Origin: Bdellovibrionales bacterium
GTDB taxonomy: Bacteria; Bdellovibrionota_C; UBA2361; SZUA-149; JAGRAN01
Reading direction: 5' to 3'
DNA: 64,000 nucleotides
NCBI GenBank assembly: GCA_020434585.1
Contig: JAGRAN010000043.1
Location: forward strand, 1,157 to 65,156
How positions within the stretch are numbered: the first letter of the stretch is position 1; every line of letters starts with the position of its first letter. Position numbers and translations under genes: made by a program. Below the pieces are notes generated by a model that worked only from the letters and a program-made list of their open reading frames with translations, was not told where the DNA came from and did not search any database. Shown here in pieces: positions 45,973-56,432 of the stretch.

Positions 45973-47440
45973 AATCTCTTCATCCTCCCCCAGCCTTACG
46001 CGTTGGATTCTTAGAGGGGCTTTTCAGTATGGTTCAGTCTTCGGGACGATTGTCGCGATACTGACAACATATATAAATGCCGCTGATTCCGGTGCGGCAC
46101 AGCTTAGCTTGGCAGATTCGCAGCTGCTTTACCTTTATCTGTTTGCCTTTTACGGAACTATGGGGGCCGTGTGCGCGGCAGGCGGCTATGTAGTCACTCA
46201 AGTCCTAAGTAAACTGATTCGAGTCGACCTAAATTTGCCTCTTCTGTTTACTTTCTTATGGTTTTGGCCATTGCTAATTATCACGATGCTGCCGGATATA
46301 GCCATTCTCTCTCCATATCCATTTGAATACTTTTGGCACACATTGCATTGGCCTTTTCAATTGCTAGCAATCGCCGTAATTTCAACTTTATTTGTGCTAT
46401 TGTATTTCGCGCTTATTCGTCCGCTACGAATAGAATCCATTGGTTTGAATTCCAATTTATTTAACGTTTTTTTGTTTGTGCTTGGAATAGCAGCTGTCGC
46501 GGTCGCAAACTCCCATATTTCACATCAGAATTACGATTTAGAAAGTCCCTCCCCTGTATCGCCGCTCGCCATCGGCTCAGCTTCTCCTTTGATTGTCATA
46601 GGAGTTGACGGTCTGGGCAAAGCCGCAATCGATAAACACTCGACTGAAGTCTTGCCAAACTTAAAGCACATCTTCGGAAGCTCTTGTGCTTATTCGCTCG
46701 ACGGTCACTACCCAGGGCTTACTCCGAAAAAGTGGCCGGTAATCACAACCGGTGCGAGATCACGCGAAACCGGAGTCCATTTTTACTTTAGCTACAAGCT
46801 TCCAGGCCTTAAAAGTTCAATTCAGCGCTGGCCTCTTGAAACCTTAACTAGCCTTACGGCCTTAATGTACGTTGATAAATATATCGACATTGCTGAAAGA
46901 ATGAATTGTGCGCATCACCTCAAAGCCGAGCCAGTTTGGAAAGAAATAGAGCAACGTGGCCTACATGCTTCGACAGTGTGTTGGCCAAACAGTAAGAACT
47001 GCCTTGAAGAGACAACAAAACATACGACTAGCTGCCCGAAGGGTGATTGGACGAGCACCGAACGTATTAAGGAAATAGCAGACGATGCCCTAGCCTCCAT
47101 TAAGTCAGGTCATGATCTGGTAATGGTCTACTTTTCACAACTAGACACAGTGTCCCACGACTCTTGCAGAGAATCGGGCGATTCCGCCGAAGTCGAGCAG
47201 GTCATACGGGAAATTGATCGAAACATTGGACGGCTAATTTCCGCCTTACCCGAATCAGGTGCAGTTATGATCGTATCTGACCATGGCTTTGATTACTCAA
47301 TATGTACCCATGTACTCGGTGTACCAGCTGTTGCGATTGTTTGGAAAAAACAGGGTGATTTAAACTGCGTTGGACCGGATTCAGAATTATCGCTGCGCTC
47401 GATTGCTCCAACGATTAAAGAGCTTTTATTATCAAACTAA
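45965..47440 (+). CDS. Membrane-anchored alkaline-phosphatase-superfamily enzyme (phosphodiesterase/phosphotransferase-like)
   Basis: Five or six N-terminal TM helices. The soluble domain (PLIVIGVDGLGKAAIDK...MIVSDHGF) carries AlkP-core metal-binding-type motifs. Confidence 0.6.
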   Translation: MDRISSSSPSLTRWILRGAFQYGSVFGTIVAILTTYINAADSGAAQLSLADSQLLYLYLFAFYGTMGAVCAAGGYVVTQVLSKLIRVDLNLPLLFTFLWFWPLLIITMLPDIAILSPYPFEYFWHTLHWPFQLLAIAVISTLFVLLYFALIRPLRIESIGLNSNLFNVFLFVLGIAAVAVANSHISHQNYDLESPSPVSPLAIGSASPLIVIGVDGLGKAAIDKHSTEVLPNLKHIFGSSCAYSLDGHYPGLTPKKWPVITTGARSRETGVHFYFSYKLPGLKSSIQRWPLETLTSLTALMYVDKYIDIAERMNCAHHLKAEPVWKEIEQRGLHASTVCWPNSKNCLEETTKHTTSCPKGDWTSTERIKEIADDALASIKSGHDLVMVYFSQLDTVSHDSCRESGDSAEVEQVIREIDRNIGRLISALPESGAVMIVSDHGFDYSICTHVLGVPAVAIVWKKQGDLNCVGPDSELSLRSIAPTIKELLLSN

Positions 47441-48459
47441 CGCGAGTTTACTCTGGTAGAAGCGCGAGAGAGCATTTCACTCAATCCTCCGCAAATACTT
47501 CCAAGACCGTAAGCAACATGAACAAAGAACGTTACACTCATGATCGTTGGCGTCAGCAGCAGCTGCTCGGCTTTAATCGCTGCCCTTAGGCTAAATGCCA
47601 AGTTTAGCAGCAGATACATTAACAGCGGAAGCGCCAGCCAACCGTGCGGATGCACTAACAGAGCAATAAGATAATAGACAAACAGCATAGGGACAAAAAA
47701 CGCTGGAGAAACAATACTTGAATCGAAAAAGAAACTCCGAAAGCGATTGAAGCCAGATCTAAAGACGGGAATCCAAAGCTCTTTAAAGGATTTTTTTCTT
47801 TCGTGCAGAACAACCAGGGCAGGTTGATAAACCATTTTAACACCGGCGGAGTGGAGTTCCGAGAGGAGCACATTTTCCTCATTGCGATTAAGCTCAGGAG
47901 GAAATCGATAGGCGCCAGAAGCAAAGACAGAAGTTCGAATCCACAAATTGCATAAAATCAAACTTGTTTCGTCCACGTCGGGGATAACCCCACCTACAGT
48001 GGAATGCCGGCGGCGAGTAGCTCCGGTGCAGAAGTATGAAGAGTAGGCTAAGCCAACTGCTCTTTGAAACGAACTGGCTTCCTTGGCTGTTGTGTCCGGG
48101 CCGCCGATAACTTCAGCATTAGGATATGCTGCCATCGTCTCTTCAGCAATTTTGAAATACTCAGGACAAAGTTCGACATCGTCATCTAAGAAACAAATCC
48201 AGTCTCCCCTGACTAGAGGTAACGCTTTATTTCTGGCGGCCCCGCTATGCTGAGGCTGCACACGCTCAACGTGCAAAGATTTTCGTTTAGCAACGAATTC
48301 CAGCTTACTGTCTGGCAGAGTTTGTGCGTCTTGATTTACTATCAGGACTATTTCAAAGTGCCTTGAGCCCACGGCTGCTTCAATACTGGCGATGCACCGC
48401 TCGAGCAATTTGAGCCGCCCGTAAGTAACAATAACGATTGAAATCGGCGATTGGTCCAT
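47437..48459 (-). CDS. Glycosyltransferase family 2
   Basis: IVIVTYGR...DD(D)VE motifs. C-terminal TM helices. Confidence 0.75.
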   Translation of the reverse strand: MDQSPISIVIVTYGRLKLLERCIASIEAAVGSRHFEIVLIVNQDAQTLPDSKLEFVAKRKSLHVERVQPQHSGAARNKALPLVRGDWICFLDDDVELCPEYFKIAEETMAAYPNAEVIGGPDTTAKEASSFQRAVGLAYSSYFCTGATRRRHSTVGGVIPDVDETSLILCNLWIRTSVFASGAYRFPPELNRNEENVLLSELHSAGVKMVYQPALVVLHERKKSFKELWIPVFRSGFNRFRSFFFDSSIVSPAFFVPMLFVYYLIALLVHPHGWLALPLLMYLLLNLAFSLRAAIKAEQLLLTPTIMSVTFFVHVAYGLGSICGGLSEMLSRASTRVNSR

Positions 48460-48562
48460 GTAGAAGGTAATAGACGCTAGTCAACTTTTCTCTATTGTTA
48501 TAGTCAAAATGCCCCAACTTAGCGAGACACTCGTTTCTACAGCGATAAATGCTCGGTAGCGC

Positions 48563-49270
48563 ATGAATCAGACAAACCGCTCAGCAACCGTAATCATCCC
48601 TACCCTTAACGAGGAGCGCTCCATCGGTGCCCTGATCGATGAAATTGTTGCAACTGATGCGACTCTCAAAATCATTGTTGCCGACGATGAAAGCAGAGAC
48701 GCAACATCAGCCGAAGTCGAAAAACGCGCTGCTGTATTCCCGGATCTCATTAGATTCTTCTCAAGAGAAGCAGTCGAATTGCGCGGCATTACCGTGAGCG
48801 TTCTTGATGCACTCGGACTGGTCGACACTGAATTCGTGGTTATTATGGACGGTGACTTGCAGCACCCACCTTCGGCGATACCAGAAATGATAAGCAAACT
48901 GGAGCAAGGCGCAGACCTAGTCGCAGGGTTCCGCCTACCTTACGAAGAGAAGCAAGCTTTTCACCGCGTGTTAGCAACCCGCATATCAACACTACTTGCG
49001 AAGGCCGCGCTTCGCGCACGCGGAATATCCGTAAGAGATCCAATGTCAGGTTTCTTTGCCGCGAACACAAAAGTGTTTCAAAGCGCCGCCAGTCTCGATC
49101 GACATCGCTTCGAGCTTGAAGGATATAAGGTATTATTTGATTTAATTCGAGCGACAGGCACCAAACTAAAAATTGAAGAAGTCCCTTACACGTTTCGACT
49201 TCGTTTGGGGGGCAAATCCAAGCTGAATGCACGCCACGGTTGGCTCTTCCTGAAATCGCTTTTCAAGTGA
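48563..49270 (+). CDS. Glycosyltransferase family 2 (polyprenyl-phosphate sugar synthase, Dpm1/ArnC-like)
   Basis: VIIPTLNEERSI...IIVADDESRD...MDGDLQH motifs. Confidence 0.8.
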   Translation: MNQTNRSATVIIPTLNEERSIGALIDEIVATDATLKIIVADDESRDATSAEVEKRAAVFPDLIRFFSREAVELRGITVSVLDALGLVDTEFVVIMDGDLQHPPSAIPEMISKLEQGADLVAGFRLPYEEKQAFHRVLATRISTLLAKAALRARGISVRDPMSGFFAANTKVFQSAASLDRHRFELEGYKVLFDLIRATGTKLKIEEVPYTFRLRLGGKSKLNARHGWLFLKSLFK

Positions 49271-49275
49271 ATTGA

Positions 49276-51795
49276 TCACTTCATTGGAAAGCCGTCGTAT
49301 CGGTAACGATCAATCCAGTCCTCTGCAAAATAGGCGGAACTTCCGTCAGCCCAGTACTGTACAACTATTTTGCGAAACCCGTTATCCGGCCCGATATTCC
49401 AAGTCGTAATTGGTTCATAATCGGTCCAAGGCCCCCACGTAAACCCTCCATCGCTTGAGACCCTAAAATATTTTGCGCCCACTGCCTTGTGTCTTATCGT
49501 GATACTTTCTGTGTTAGAAGTAAGCGTCCCGTCGTTAATCAGCTTTCCATCTTTTCTTGCAAAGCTATAGAGCAAGACGTTTTCTCGGGTGCCAATCTTA
49601 AATCGCGAGCTAAAGTTAATACCAATTTCTCTTCCGTCTAACGTCTGAGCTTCCGAGCCGAGAGCAATATGATGTAAGCCGTCTTCTAGGCTGCTCAACT
49701 CTGCGGTTACAAACTTGCCGCCGCCACCGTTCCTAATTTTGCCTGACGATACTTTCTTGCCATCTACTGTTAACGCACTTTTTACTGATTCCAGCCGCAT
49801 CGCTTCGCTGAAGGCGAGCTTAATCAATACCGTCCCTCCCTCAACCACTGCGTCATGGGGAGGCGAAACCATTATCACTTTTGGTTTTGGCTGTCTGAAG
49901 TGATCCGCTAACACGAAAATCTTACCTTCAAAGGAATCTACGCTCAAATTGAGCAGCTCACCTTGCGCACTAAGAAAATACGACTCGCTCGGATTCAGCA
50001 CGTTGACTATCTTTCGGCTATCGCCCCATGGAGTTTTTATTTTATTCTCTGGTTCGGCCTTCAGCGCTTTGTCGGAAGTGTTCGCAATTACTAGCACTGT
50101 TGAATCAATGTCGCCGGTCGACCTTGAAAACGCATAAATACCCCGACGACCCTCGGCAGGAGCGTAATGTTCAACAATAGAATTATTGTGCCTCAGCGCC
50201 GGGTATAGCTGGCGTGCTTCCATCAACTGTTGAACGTAAAGGTAGTCGCGGTGGGTCATATTGAAGTTGTCACCTGAGGCCGGATTCTCTCCCACCGGAG
50301 AGGGATGGTCCTTCCAAGCAATGCTAGTCATAAATGACTCACGGCTGTGCCCCTCCAATGCCGTTCCGTAAGAACAAAGTCCTTGTTCATCACCGTAGTA
50401 GAACAAAGGAATCCCGGGCCAAGTGCTAATAAAAAATGCCGCCAGTCTATTTTTCTCAGGACCATGGGGCGTAATACACATGCGGCGCTGATCGTGGTTA
50501 TCGTAAAAATTCCACATGCGGTAGCGGGTTTCGCCAGTCGGCGGATGAACCAGATCAAAATTACTCAATCCCCAGTCAAGCTGATTCTTAGCGCCAGACA
50601 TGTATCCATCCAACTCATGATACAAGACAGGAAGAAAAAACTGATGATAGAGGCGGTAGTTAATTCCCCCGTCCATTAGATAACGTGAATCAATGACGTT
50701 CGAGGTTCCGTACTGATCAGCCGATTTTCCTCTTCCGATCATCGTCGCTGCGACTTCGTAGGTATTATAAAACTCGCCAAAAATTCCAAAATTTTTCTTT
50801 CCAAGCTCTGCAGCGTACTTACGGACTTCAGGTGCCCAATGCTTAAAAAAGCAAAGTGGCACCAGCATCGGCGAATCCATTCTGATACCATCTATATCAG
50901 TCGTCGCGATCATCGCCTTTGTCATCGCTGTTATTTTGTTCTGAACGCGGGGGTGGGTAGTGCGCAAATCATCTAGAAATCCATACACCTCTCCTAACTG
51001 ACGGCTCCAAGGATCCGTCCAATCTGAAAGGTCTCCGTTATGATGAAAGTCGCTGTCCCAAAATGAACCGCGACCTTTATCCTCTACTTTCTCACCCGCA
51101 TTATTGTACACGTCGCAATACTTGCCATCGGCGTAGTATTTATTTTCTATATTAAAGTCCTGATAGCGCCTGCCTCCATCAAACCATTCAAGTTCATACT
51201 CCCCATCGTGAAATCGAAATGGAGCAGGCCGACTGCGATTGCCTTTGGTGTAAATAAAGTTGTTCAAATGATTAACAACAACATCTACGATTACGTAAAT
51301 TCCTCGTTTGTGCGCCGCTTCAACCAACAGCCTCAGCTCCTTGATCGTTCCCAATCGATCATCAACTAGCGTAAAGTCGATCGGGCCATAACCGTGATAG
51401 TCGTTGTGCGCGTTCTGAAAAACTGCAGAGACCCAAATTGCCCTAAAGCCCATTCCAGCTATGTAATCGAGCTTGCTGCGCAGACCTTTTAGATCACCGC
51501 CCTGGCGCATTGTGGGATTGTATACATTGAATCCGCCGAACTTTCCGTCGTTGTTAAGCGGATTCCCGTCTGAGAATCGGTCAATCATCACATGATAAAC
51601 GGGAATATCGCGCCAGTCGTCTGGTGACGTAAAGTAGGTGTGCCCCTTCCATTGTCCAAAATACTTTGAAGGGTCGCTACCGTCGGAATTGAAATTCATA
51701 TTCCATGGCGCGTTCTGCTCAGTCCAAGGCGCCGCAAAAGCAGAGGCAGCACCATAAAGCATCAAAACAGCCAGGAAAGCTAACCTCGGGACCAT
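49276..51795 (-). CDS. Secreted GH13 alpha-amylase-family glycoside hydrolase with extra C-terminal beta-domains (839 aa)
   Basis: Signal peptide. GH13 conserved regions (DVVVNH, GIRMDSP, FYDNHDQ). Confidence 0.8.
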   Translation of the reverse strand: MVPRLAFLAVLMLYGAASAFAAPWTEQNAPWNMNFNSDGSDPSKYFGQWKGHTYFTSPDDWRDIPVYHVMIDRFSDGNPLNNDGKFGGFNVYNPTMRQGGDLKGLRSKLDYIAGMGFRAIWVSAVFQNAHNDYHGYGPIDFTLVDDRLGTIKELRLLVEAAHKRGIYVIVDVVVNHLNNFIYTKGNRSRPAPFRFHDGEYELEWFDGGRRYQDFNIENKYYADGKYCDVYNNAGEKVEDKGRGSFWDSDFHHNGDLSDWTDPWSRQLGEVYGFLDDLRTTHPRVQNKITAMTKAMIATTDIDGIRMDSPMLVPLCFFKHWAPEVRKYAAELGKKNFGIFGEFYNTYEVAATMIGRGKSADQYGTSNVIDSRYLMDGGINYRLYHQFFLPVLYHELDGYMSGAKNQLDWGLSNFDLVHPPTGETRYRMWNFYDNHDQRRMCITPHGPEKNRLAAFFISTWPGIPLFYYGDEQGLCSYGTALEGHSRESFMTSIAWKDHPSPVGENPASGDNFNMTHRDYLYVQQLMEARQLYPALRHNNSIVEHYAPAEGRRGIYAFSRSTGDIDSTVLVIANTSDKALKAEPENKIKTPWGDSRKIVNVLNPSESYFLSAQGELLNLSVDSFEGKIFVLADHFRQPKPKVIMVSPPHDAVVEGGTVLIKLAFSEAMRLESVKSALTVDGKKVSSGKIRNGGGGKFVTAELSSLEDGLHHIALGSEAQTLDGREIGINFSSRFKIGTRENVLLYSFARKDGKLINDGTLTSNTESITIRHKAVGAKYFRVSSDGGFTWGPWTDYEPITTWNIGPDNGFRKIVVQYWADGSSAYFAEDWIDRYRYDGFPMK

Positions 51796-51928
51796 ATCAA
51801 TTCTTTTCGCTGGGAGCTCAAACCTTCAGAATCCTAACATGCAGAGATGCACGAAGAAATATGCGACTGACATACACCTTCCAATATCTTAGGTTAGGGG
51901 GTGTATCACCACACAGAAAGATGCGGAC

Positions 51929-54352
51929 ATGCCATTTAGGTCTCTCAAGACACTTTCAGAAGAACAGCAGTGGCGCTACGTCGAATATATGCTGCTGGCT
52001 GCCGCTGCTATTCCAATTTTATTGGTTCTGCGAGCGTTTTTCTCCACCGACATGGTCAGCGGCTGGGACATGGAGCCGCAATACCACTTAGTGGAACTGA
52101 TGGTCGGCTACTTACGCGAAGGCAGAATTACAGGCTATGACCGTGCTTGGTTTGCTGGATATCCCGCTTTCACGTTCTATGGACCATTCACCTATATTCT
52201 GGCTGCCGCTCCTTCATTACTAAGCGCCGACATTTTTCCTCCCGCATTCGGACTGCATATTATTATTATCGCTCTTCCGTTTTTGTATCTTTGGGCTCTG
52301 CGCTTTACCACAAAGACTTTCTTCGGTAGCCGCGCCGGCTGCGTATCTATTTTGTTCGGAATATTTTTCCTGCTTAGCCCTAGCAATAACCTGAGCGGCC
52401 CTTTCGGAATTCACGGAAGCCTGACACACGGCACAATAAACGGATTCGTCGGTGCAGTCCTGATTCTGCTTTTGCTCGGCATAGTAGAGTCGCATCGACA
52501 AGCAAGCTCATCCATTAAGGCGGCCCTGGCGACTATTGTATTTGCCGTATTAATTCTAACTCACACGCTTTCAACTATTTTCGCACTCAGCCTATTGCTT
52601 ACTTACTCTCTAGTTCACGGCAAGGAAGGATTTAAGATATCCGCGACTATTGTGGCGATAGCAGCTGTTGTGACAATCCCTTGGTGGATCCAATTCGTTC
52701 GCAATCTAGACTTCACGTCCGGCCGTCTGCTTAGTATACTTTGGGACGATCCAATCATTTCGCTTCTGCCTGGCAGCCAGTTTGTATTGGAATGCGTACA
52801 CAATTTCACAGCAGGAAGTCTGCTTAGACTTCCAGTTCCAGCGCTGTTGCTTGCTGTTTGTACGATTATTTCAATTGTTGCTTTAATCCGCGAACAGAAT
52901 TACGCACTGCCGGCGATTTTCCTAACTTTGCTGTTGTTATTGCCTCGCAACGTATTGCCGCAGTTCATTGAATTGCCGATTCATTACTATCGATTTGTAA
53001 TGCCGCTGTTTGGAATAATGCTGCTGCTCGCGTCAAACGGGCTGCTAATCATTGTCAATCGCCTTCAGGACGTGAGCAGTCCGTTTGGTCGAAACATTTC
53101 CTCCGGGCTACTTTCCCTGTTTATAGTTTGGTCTTTGACAACTGTTTTTGTTCAGGACTATTCAGGACCGCTTACAACTTCCGGACCTTATGCCAGAATT
53201 TTCAAGTCGGCACAGCAGGCTTGCGCCAATCGACGCCTACCGGCAAGCCCTATAAAAATTAGCGAAACCAGTGCCTATGCCGCCGGAAGCAGCGTCATAG
53301 AATTCCTAAAAGAATCTGGGGTCTCAGGCCGCGTCGCATCTGAAATGCCGCACTACAACAATGACTTGCTTGGCTCCCCTCATTTTTTTAGCTCACTGAT
53401 ACCAAAAGAAGTTGGGGCTGAAGTAATTCCAGGTCTCTTAGCGGAGTCTTCTTACTCAGCTGGGTTCTTTCCGGCCACTATAGGCTACGAGAGCGATAGC
53501 ATCCGCTGGGGCCGCGACCATTTGAGCATTTATTTTCATGAAGAAAATCCGTTTGTATCTCTCGAAGGCATGATGCACCGCCTTAGACTTTGGGGAGTCG
53601 AGTTTTTAATCGCGACAAGTTTAAAGTACAAGGACGCACTCAGAACCTTAAAAGCTGACATCATCGAGGAAGTGTTTGAGTCCGCACCTTTTGCTGTCTT
53701 CAAAATATCCCACCCGATGCCCAAGATACGGGCGATTCGCGGCAAGCCGTTCTTGTTCGTAAATCTGGGCGGTATGGACTTCCGCGAATTTGCCGAGGAA
53801 TGGTACAAATCCGATTCGGCAATCCATGTGCCGGTCATTACAACTAGCAAAGATTACCGCGAACTTTCGTCTGTCGAGCGAGAACAAATCGGTGGCTTCA
53901 TCTTGAGCGTGCGCGGAAGCGCAAGGCGCAGCAAGTTAGAGATGAAGCCTTGGATGATTCCGGGAAAATCGCTTATGGTAGTGGGTAGAATTAGTGATTT
54001 CCAAGGACAGCCAAACTATTGGATCGCAACTTCCCAACAGGACGGAGGAATCGTTTTCTTCGAAACAAAAACTGATTATCAGCTTGGCGCATATTCATTC
54101 GAGAGCGATTTGTACGACGGCCTCAATCGATTTCTGCACTCCCCTCAGAGCGCTCTAGATGGCGCAACCCAGATAGAACCGATCGAAATCTCAAATTCCG
54201 CGATAACTTTCGAACATAGCGGCGGCGCCATCATAAACTACTCTTTCTTTCCGCGATGGAAGAGTAAAGATCCTCAGCAAACTGTCTTCGCCGCAGCGCC
54301 AAGCGTAATGTACGTCGTCTCTCGTGGACGAACCGAATTGTATTACGACTAA
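51929..54352 (+). CDS. Large polytopic membrane protein, GT-C/YfhO-like (807 aa)
   Basis: About 14 TM helices then a roughly 350-aa soluble domain. The first loop (DMEPQYH...GYDRAWFAGYPAFTFYGP) loosely resembles the 44284 protein. Confidence 0.5.
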   Translation: MPFRSLKTLSEEQQWRYVEYMLLAAAAIPILLVLRAFFSTDMVSGWDMEPQYHLVELMVGYLREGRITGYDRAWFAGYPAFTFYGPFTYILAAAPSLLSADIFPPAFGLHIIIIALPFLYLWALRFTTKTFFGSRAGCVSILFGIFFLLSPSNNLSGPFGIHGSLTHGTINGFVGAVLILLLLGIVESHRQASSSIKAALATIVFAVLILTHTLSTIFALSLLLTYSLVHGKEGFKISATIVAIAAVVTIPWWIQFVRNLDFTSGRLLSILWDDPIISLLPGSQFVLECVHNFTAGSLLRLPVPALLLAVCTIISIVALIREQNYALPAIFLTLLLLLPRNVLPQFIELPIHYYRFVMPLFGIMLLLASNGLLIIVNRLQDVSSPFGRNISSGLLSLFIVWSLTTVFVQDYSGPLTTSGPYARIFKSAQQACANRRLPASPIKISETSAYAAGSSVIEFLKESGVSGRVASEMPHYNNDLLGSPHFFSSLIPKEVGAEVIPGLLAESSYSAGFFPATIGYESDSIRWGRDHLSIYFHEENPFVSLEGMMHRLRLWGVEFLIATSLKYKDALRTLKADIIEEVFESAPFAVFKISHPMPKIRAIRGKPFLFVNLGGMDFREFAEEWYKSDSAIHVPVITTSKDYRELSSVEREQIGGFILSVRGSARRSKLEMKPWMIPGKSLMVVGRISDFQGQPNYWIATSQQDGGIVFFETKTDYQLGAYSFESDLYDGLNRFLHSPQSALDGATQIEPIEISNSAITFEHSGGAIINYSFFPRWKSKDPQQTVFAAAPSVMYVVSRGRTELYYD

Positions 54353-55344
54353 ACCGCAGCAGGAGTTAGGTCATTCAGCTCTAGCAGCCGATGCACATCT
54401 CCTTCAAGCCTAGCGCCAAGCTGCGCAACCACTTTGCTCGCGAGAAAATTTGCGACCTTAACGGACTGCTCAACCTTTAGCCCTTTATGCACGCCGTAGA
54501 GAAAACCCGCGGCAAACATATCGCCAGCTCCTGTGGTATCCACCGCGCTCGCATCGAAAGCCGGAACAAAGCAGTCTACTCCCTGCCATGACGCGCGCGC
54601 GCCCTTGTCGTGCTGAGTCATTACAACATTTGGCGCAGCTGATTTGAGTGCAGCGAAAACGTCGTCCTCGTTTTCTTTCCCGGTGAATGCTCGTGATTCC
54701 ATTTCGTTGGCAAAGATCAGGTCGGACATTGACACAATCTGCTCAAGCGGACGGCGAAAGCCATTTACAATAAACGCGTCGGAGAAAGTTATTGAGACTT
54801 TCGTCCCGCAGCCTTTTGCAAACTCCGCGGCTTCGAGAGCAGCTCTACAAGCAGTCTCGGATGTAAGAAGATAGCCTTCGATATAAATCCATTCCGATTT
54901 CTCAATATACTCTCGGCTGACATGCTCAGGTCCGAACAGTGCACTTGCTCCCAAATTGGTGTTCATTGTTCGTTCAGCATCGGGTGTAATCAAGATGAAA
55001 CACGTGCCCGTTGCTTCGTCGGCGGCATCGTTGTGAAGGACTACGCCTAACTGCTTCATTTCCTCAGCGTAGTAAGAACCGAATGTATCGTTTCCTACCG
55101 TGCAGGCATAGGCTACCGGCACCCCGAGTTGAGCAAGCGCGATAATCGTATTGGCCGCAGAGCCTCCGCTGCGCTGCACCAGCTCCTGGCCGTGAAAGTG
55201 CTCGACTAGGTGCTTTTGCTTGGCTGTATCAACTAGCTGCATTCCGCCTTTTTGTAGGCCCAATTCGGCAATAGCTTTGTCCGCAACTTGAACCTGAAGG
55301 TCCATAATGGCGTTGCCCAATCCGTAAATACCCAAGCTTTTCAT
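54349..55344 (-). CDS. PfkB-family carbohydrate/nucleoside kinase (adenosine-kinase/ribokinase-like)
   Basis: DTTGAGDMFAAGFLYG anion-hole motif. GG dipeptide near the N-terminus. Confidence 0.85.
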   Translation of the reverse strand: MKSLGIYGLGNAIMDLQVQVADKAIAELGLQKGGMQLVDTAKQKHLVEHFHGQELVQRSGGSAANTIIALAQLGVPVAYACTVGNDTFGSYYAEEMKQLGVVLHNDAADEATGTCFILITPDAERTMNTNLGASALFGPEHVSREYIEKSEWIYIEGYLLTSETACRAALEAAEFAKGCGTKVSITFSDAFIVNGFRRPLEQIVSMSDLIFANEMESRAFTGKENEDDVFAALKSAAPNVVMTQHDKGARASWQGVDCFVPAFDASAVDTTGAGDMFAAGFLYGVHKGLKVEQSVKVANFLASKVVAQLGARLEGDVHRLLELNDLTPAAV

Positions 55345-55516
55345 CGTCTACACCCCAAAGTGTTTGTAAATACTAAAGAATTGGCGAATAATTGCCGACT
55401 CAGCCTTCATCCTTGCGGGAACCATTGTGTTAAGGCTACTCAGTGCTCTAACCTAAAATGGACACCGCAGGATAACCGACAACGAACAGTTAGCTGATAG
55501 GAACCGACAGAGCAAC

Positions 55517-56425
55517 ATGACTGGCGACTGGAAGATTCCCGACCCTACGCAGCGCCCATCCGGTTCTGTTCCACAGCAAAGACCCAGCCAGTTCGGTTCA
55601 TCAATGCGCAATTCAACCGTTCGACCCGCACAACGTTCCTTTCCGATTGCGCTGACAATTTTCTTAATCGCAATCCTCCTGCCCATATTCGGAATGTTTG
55701 CCTACATGCTCGTAGTTCCGGCATTGAAGAACGTCTCCAGCAACGCGCCGGTCACTGAGCAGCCTAAACTTGTTTGGCTCCAAGGTGATGAAGCTAATTC
55801 GGAGTTTGGTGAGAAATGGTCCGGTGCCACCATCATCGACCGCGAAAGCGTCTTAAAATATGGCACAAGCCTCTGGGATCTACACGAGCAAGGCTTTTCA
55901 TCCAACAATCCGGACGCCGTCACCAACTTTCAGCAAGAGAGCAAGGCTTTATTCAGCACTGTCTTCGGCGATCAAGGACTGATCGGATTCGAGATCCCGC
56001 TGTCCTTGTTTAACGTTACGACTAGCACCTTAGAGCCCTCCAAGTTAATTTTTGAAGTCTCGAGCGGGACACGAAACCTTTCTGACGGAGGCGAGCGCCT
56101 GTTCAAGATTTTACTGTCGACTAAAATCGAGCAGTCGCTGATTGATGAAACCATACTAACTGACGATAGCTCGCAGGGTAAACAAACTGTGCGCTTGCTA
56201 ATTGTCCCCTATTACGCTGAGCTAAGCGAAGAGCGCAAAAATGTTCGTTCCCTCGACTTCGACAATCAGTCCAAGCTTGGACATATGAATAAATGGATTA
56301 CCTCGAGTACGGTCGAAGTTAAGATTACCGCTGATTTTGCAGGTGCTCAAATTACAAAGAACAACGTGCCGCAGCGCTCGCTGATTAAAGGTCATTCTAG
56401 ATCCAGCTCTGTCGAGCCGGAGTGA
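55517..56425 (+). CDS. Hypothetical signal-anchored protein (302 aa)
   Basis: Pro/Ser/Gln-rich N-terminus, then a single TM. Confidence 0.5.
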   Translation: MTGDWKIPDPTQRPSGSVPQQRPSQFGSSMRNSTVRPAQRSFPIALTIFLIAILLPIFGMFAYMLVVPALKNVSSNAPVTEQPKLVWLQGDEANSEFGEKWSGATIIDRESVLKYGTSLWDLHEQGFSSNNPDAVTNFQQESKALFSTVFGDQGLIGFEIPLSLFNVTTSTLEPSKLIFEVSSGTRNLSDGGERLFKILLSTKIEQSLIDETILTDDSSQGKQTVRLLIVPYYAELSEERKNVRSLDFDNQSKLGHMNKWITSSTVEVKITADFAGAQITKNNVPQRSLIKGHSRSSSVEPE

Positions 56426-56432
56426 CCTAGCC

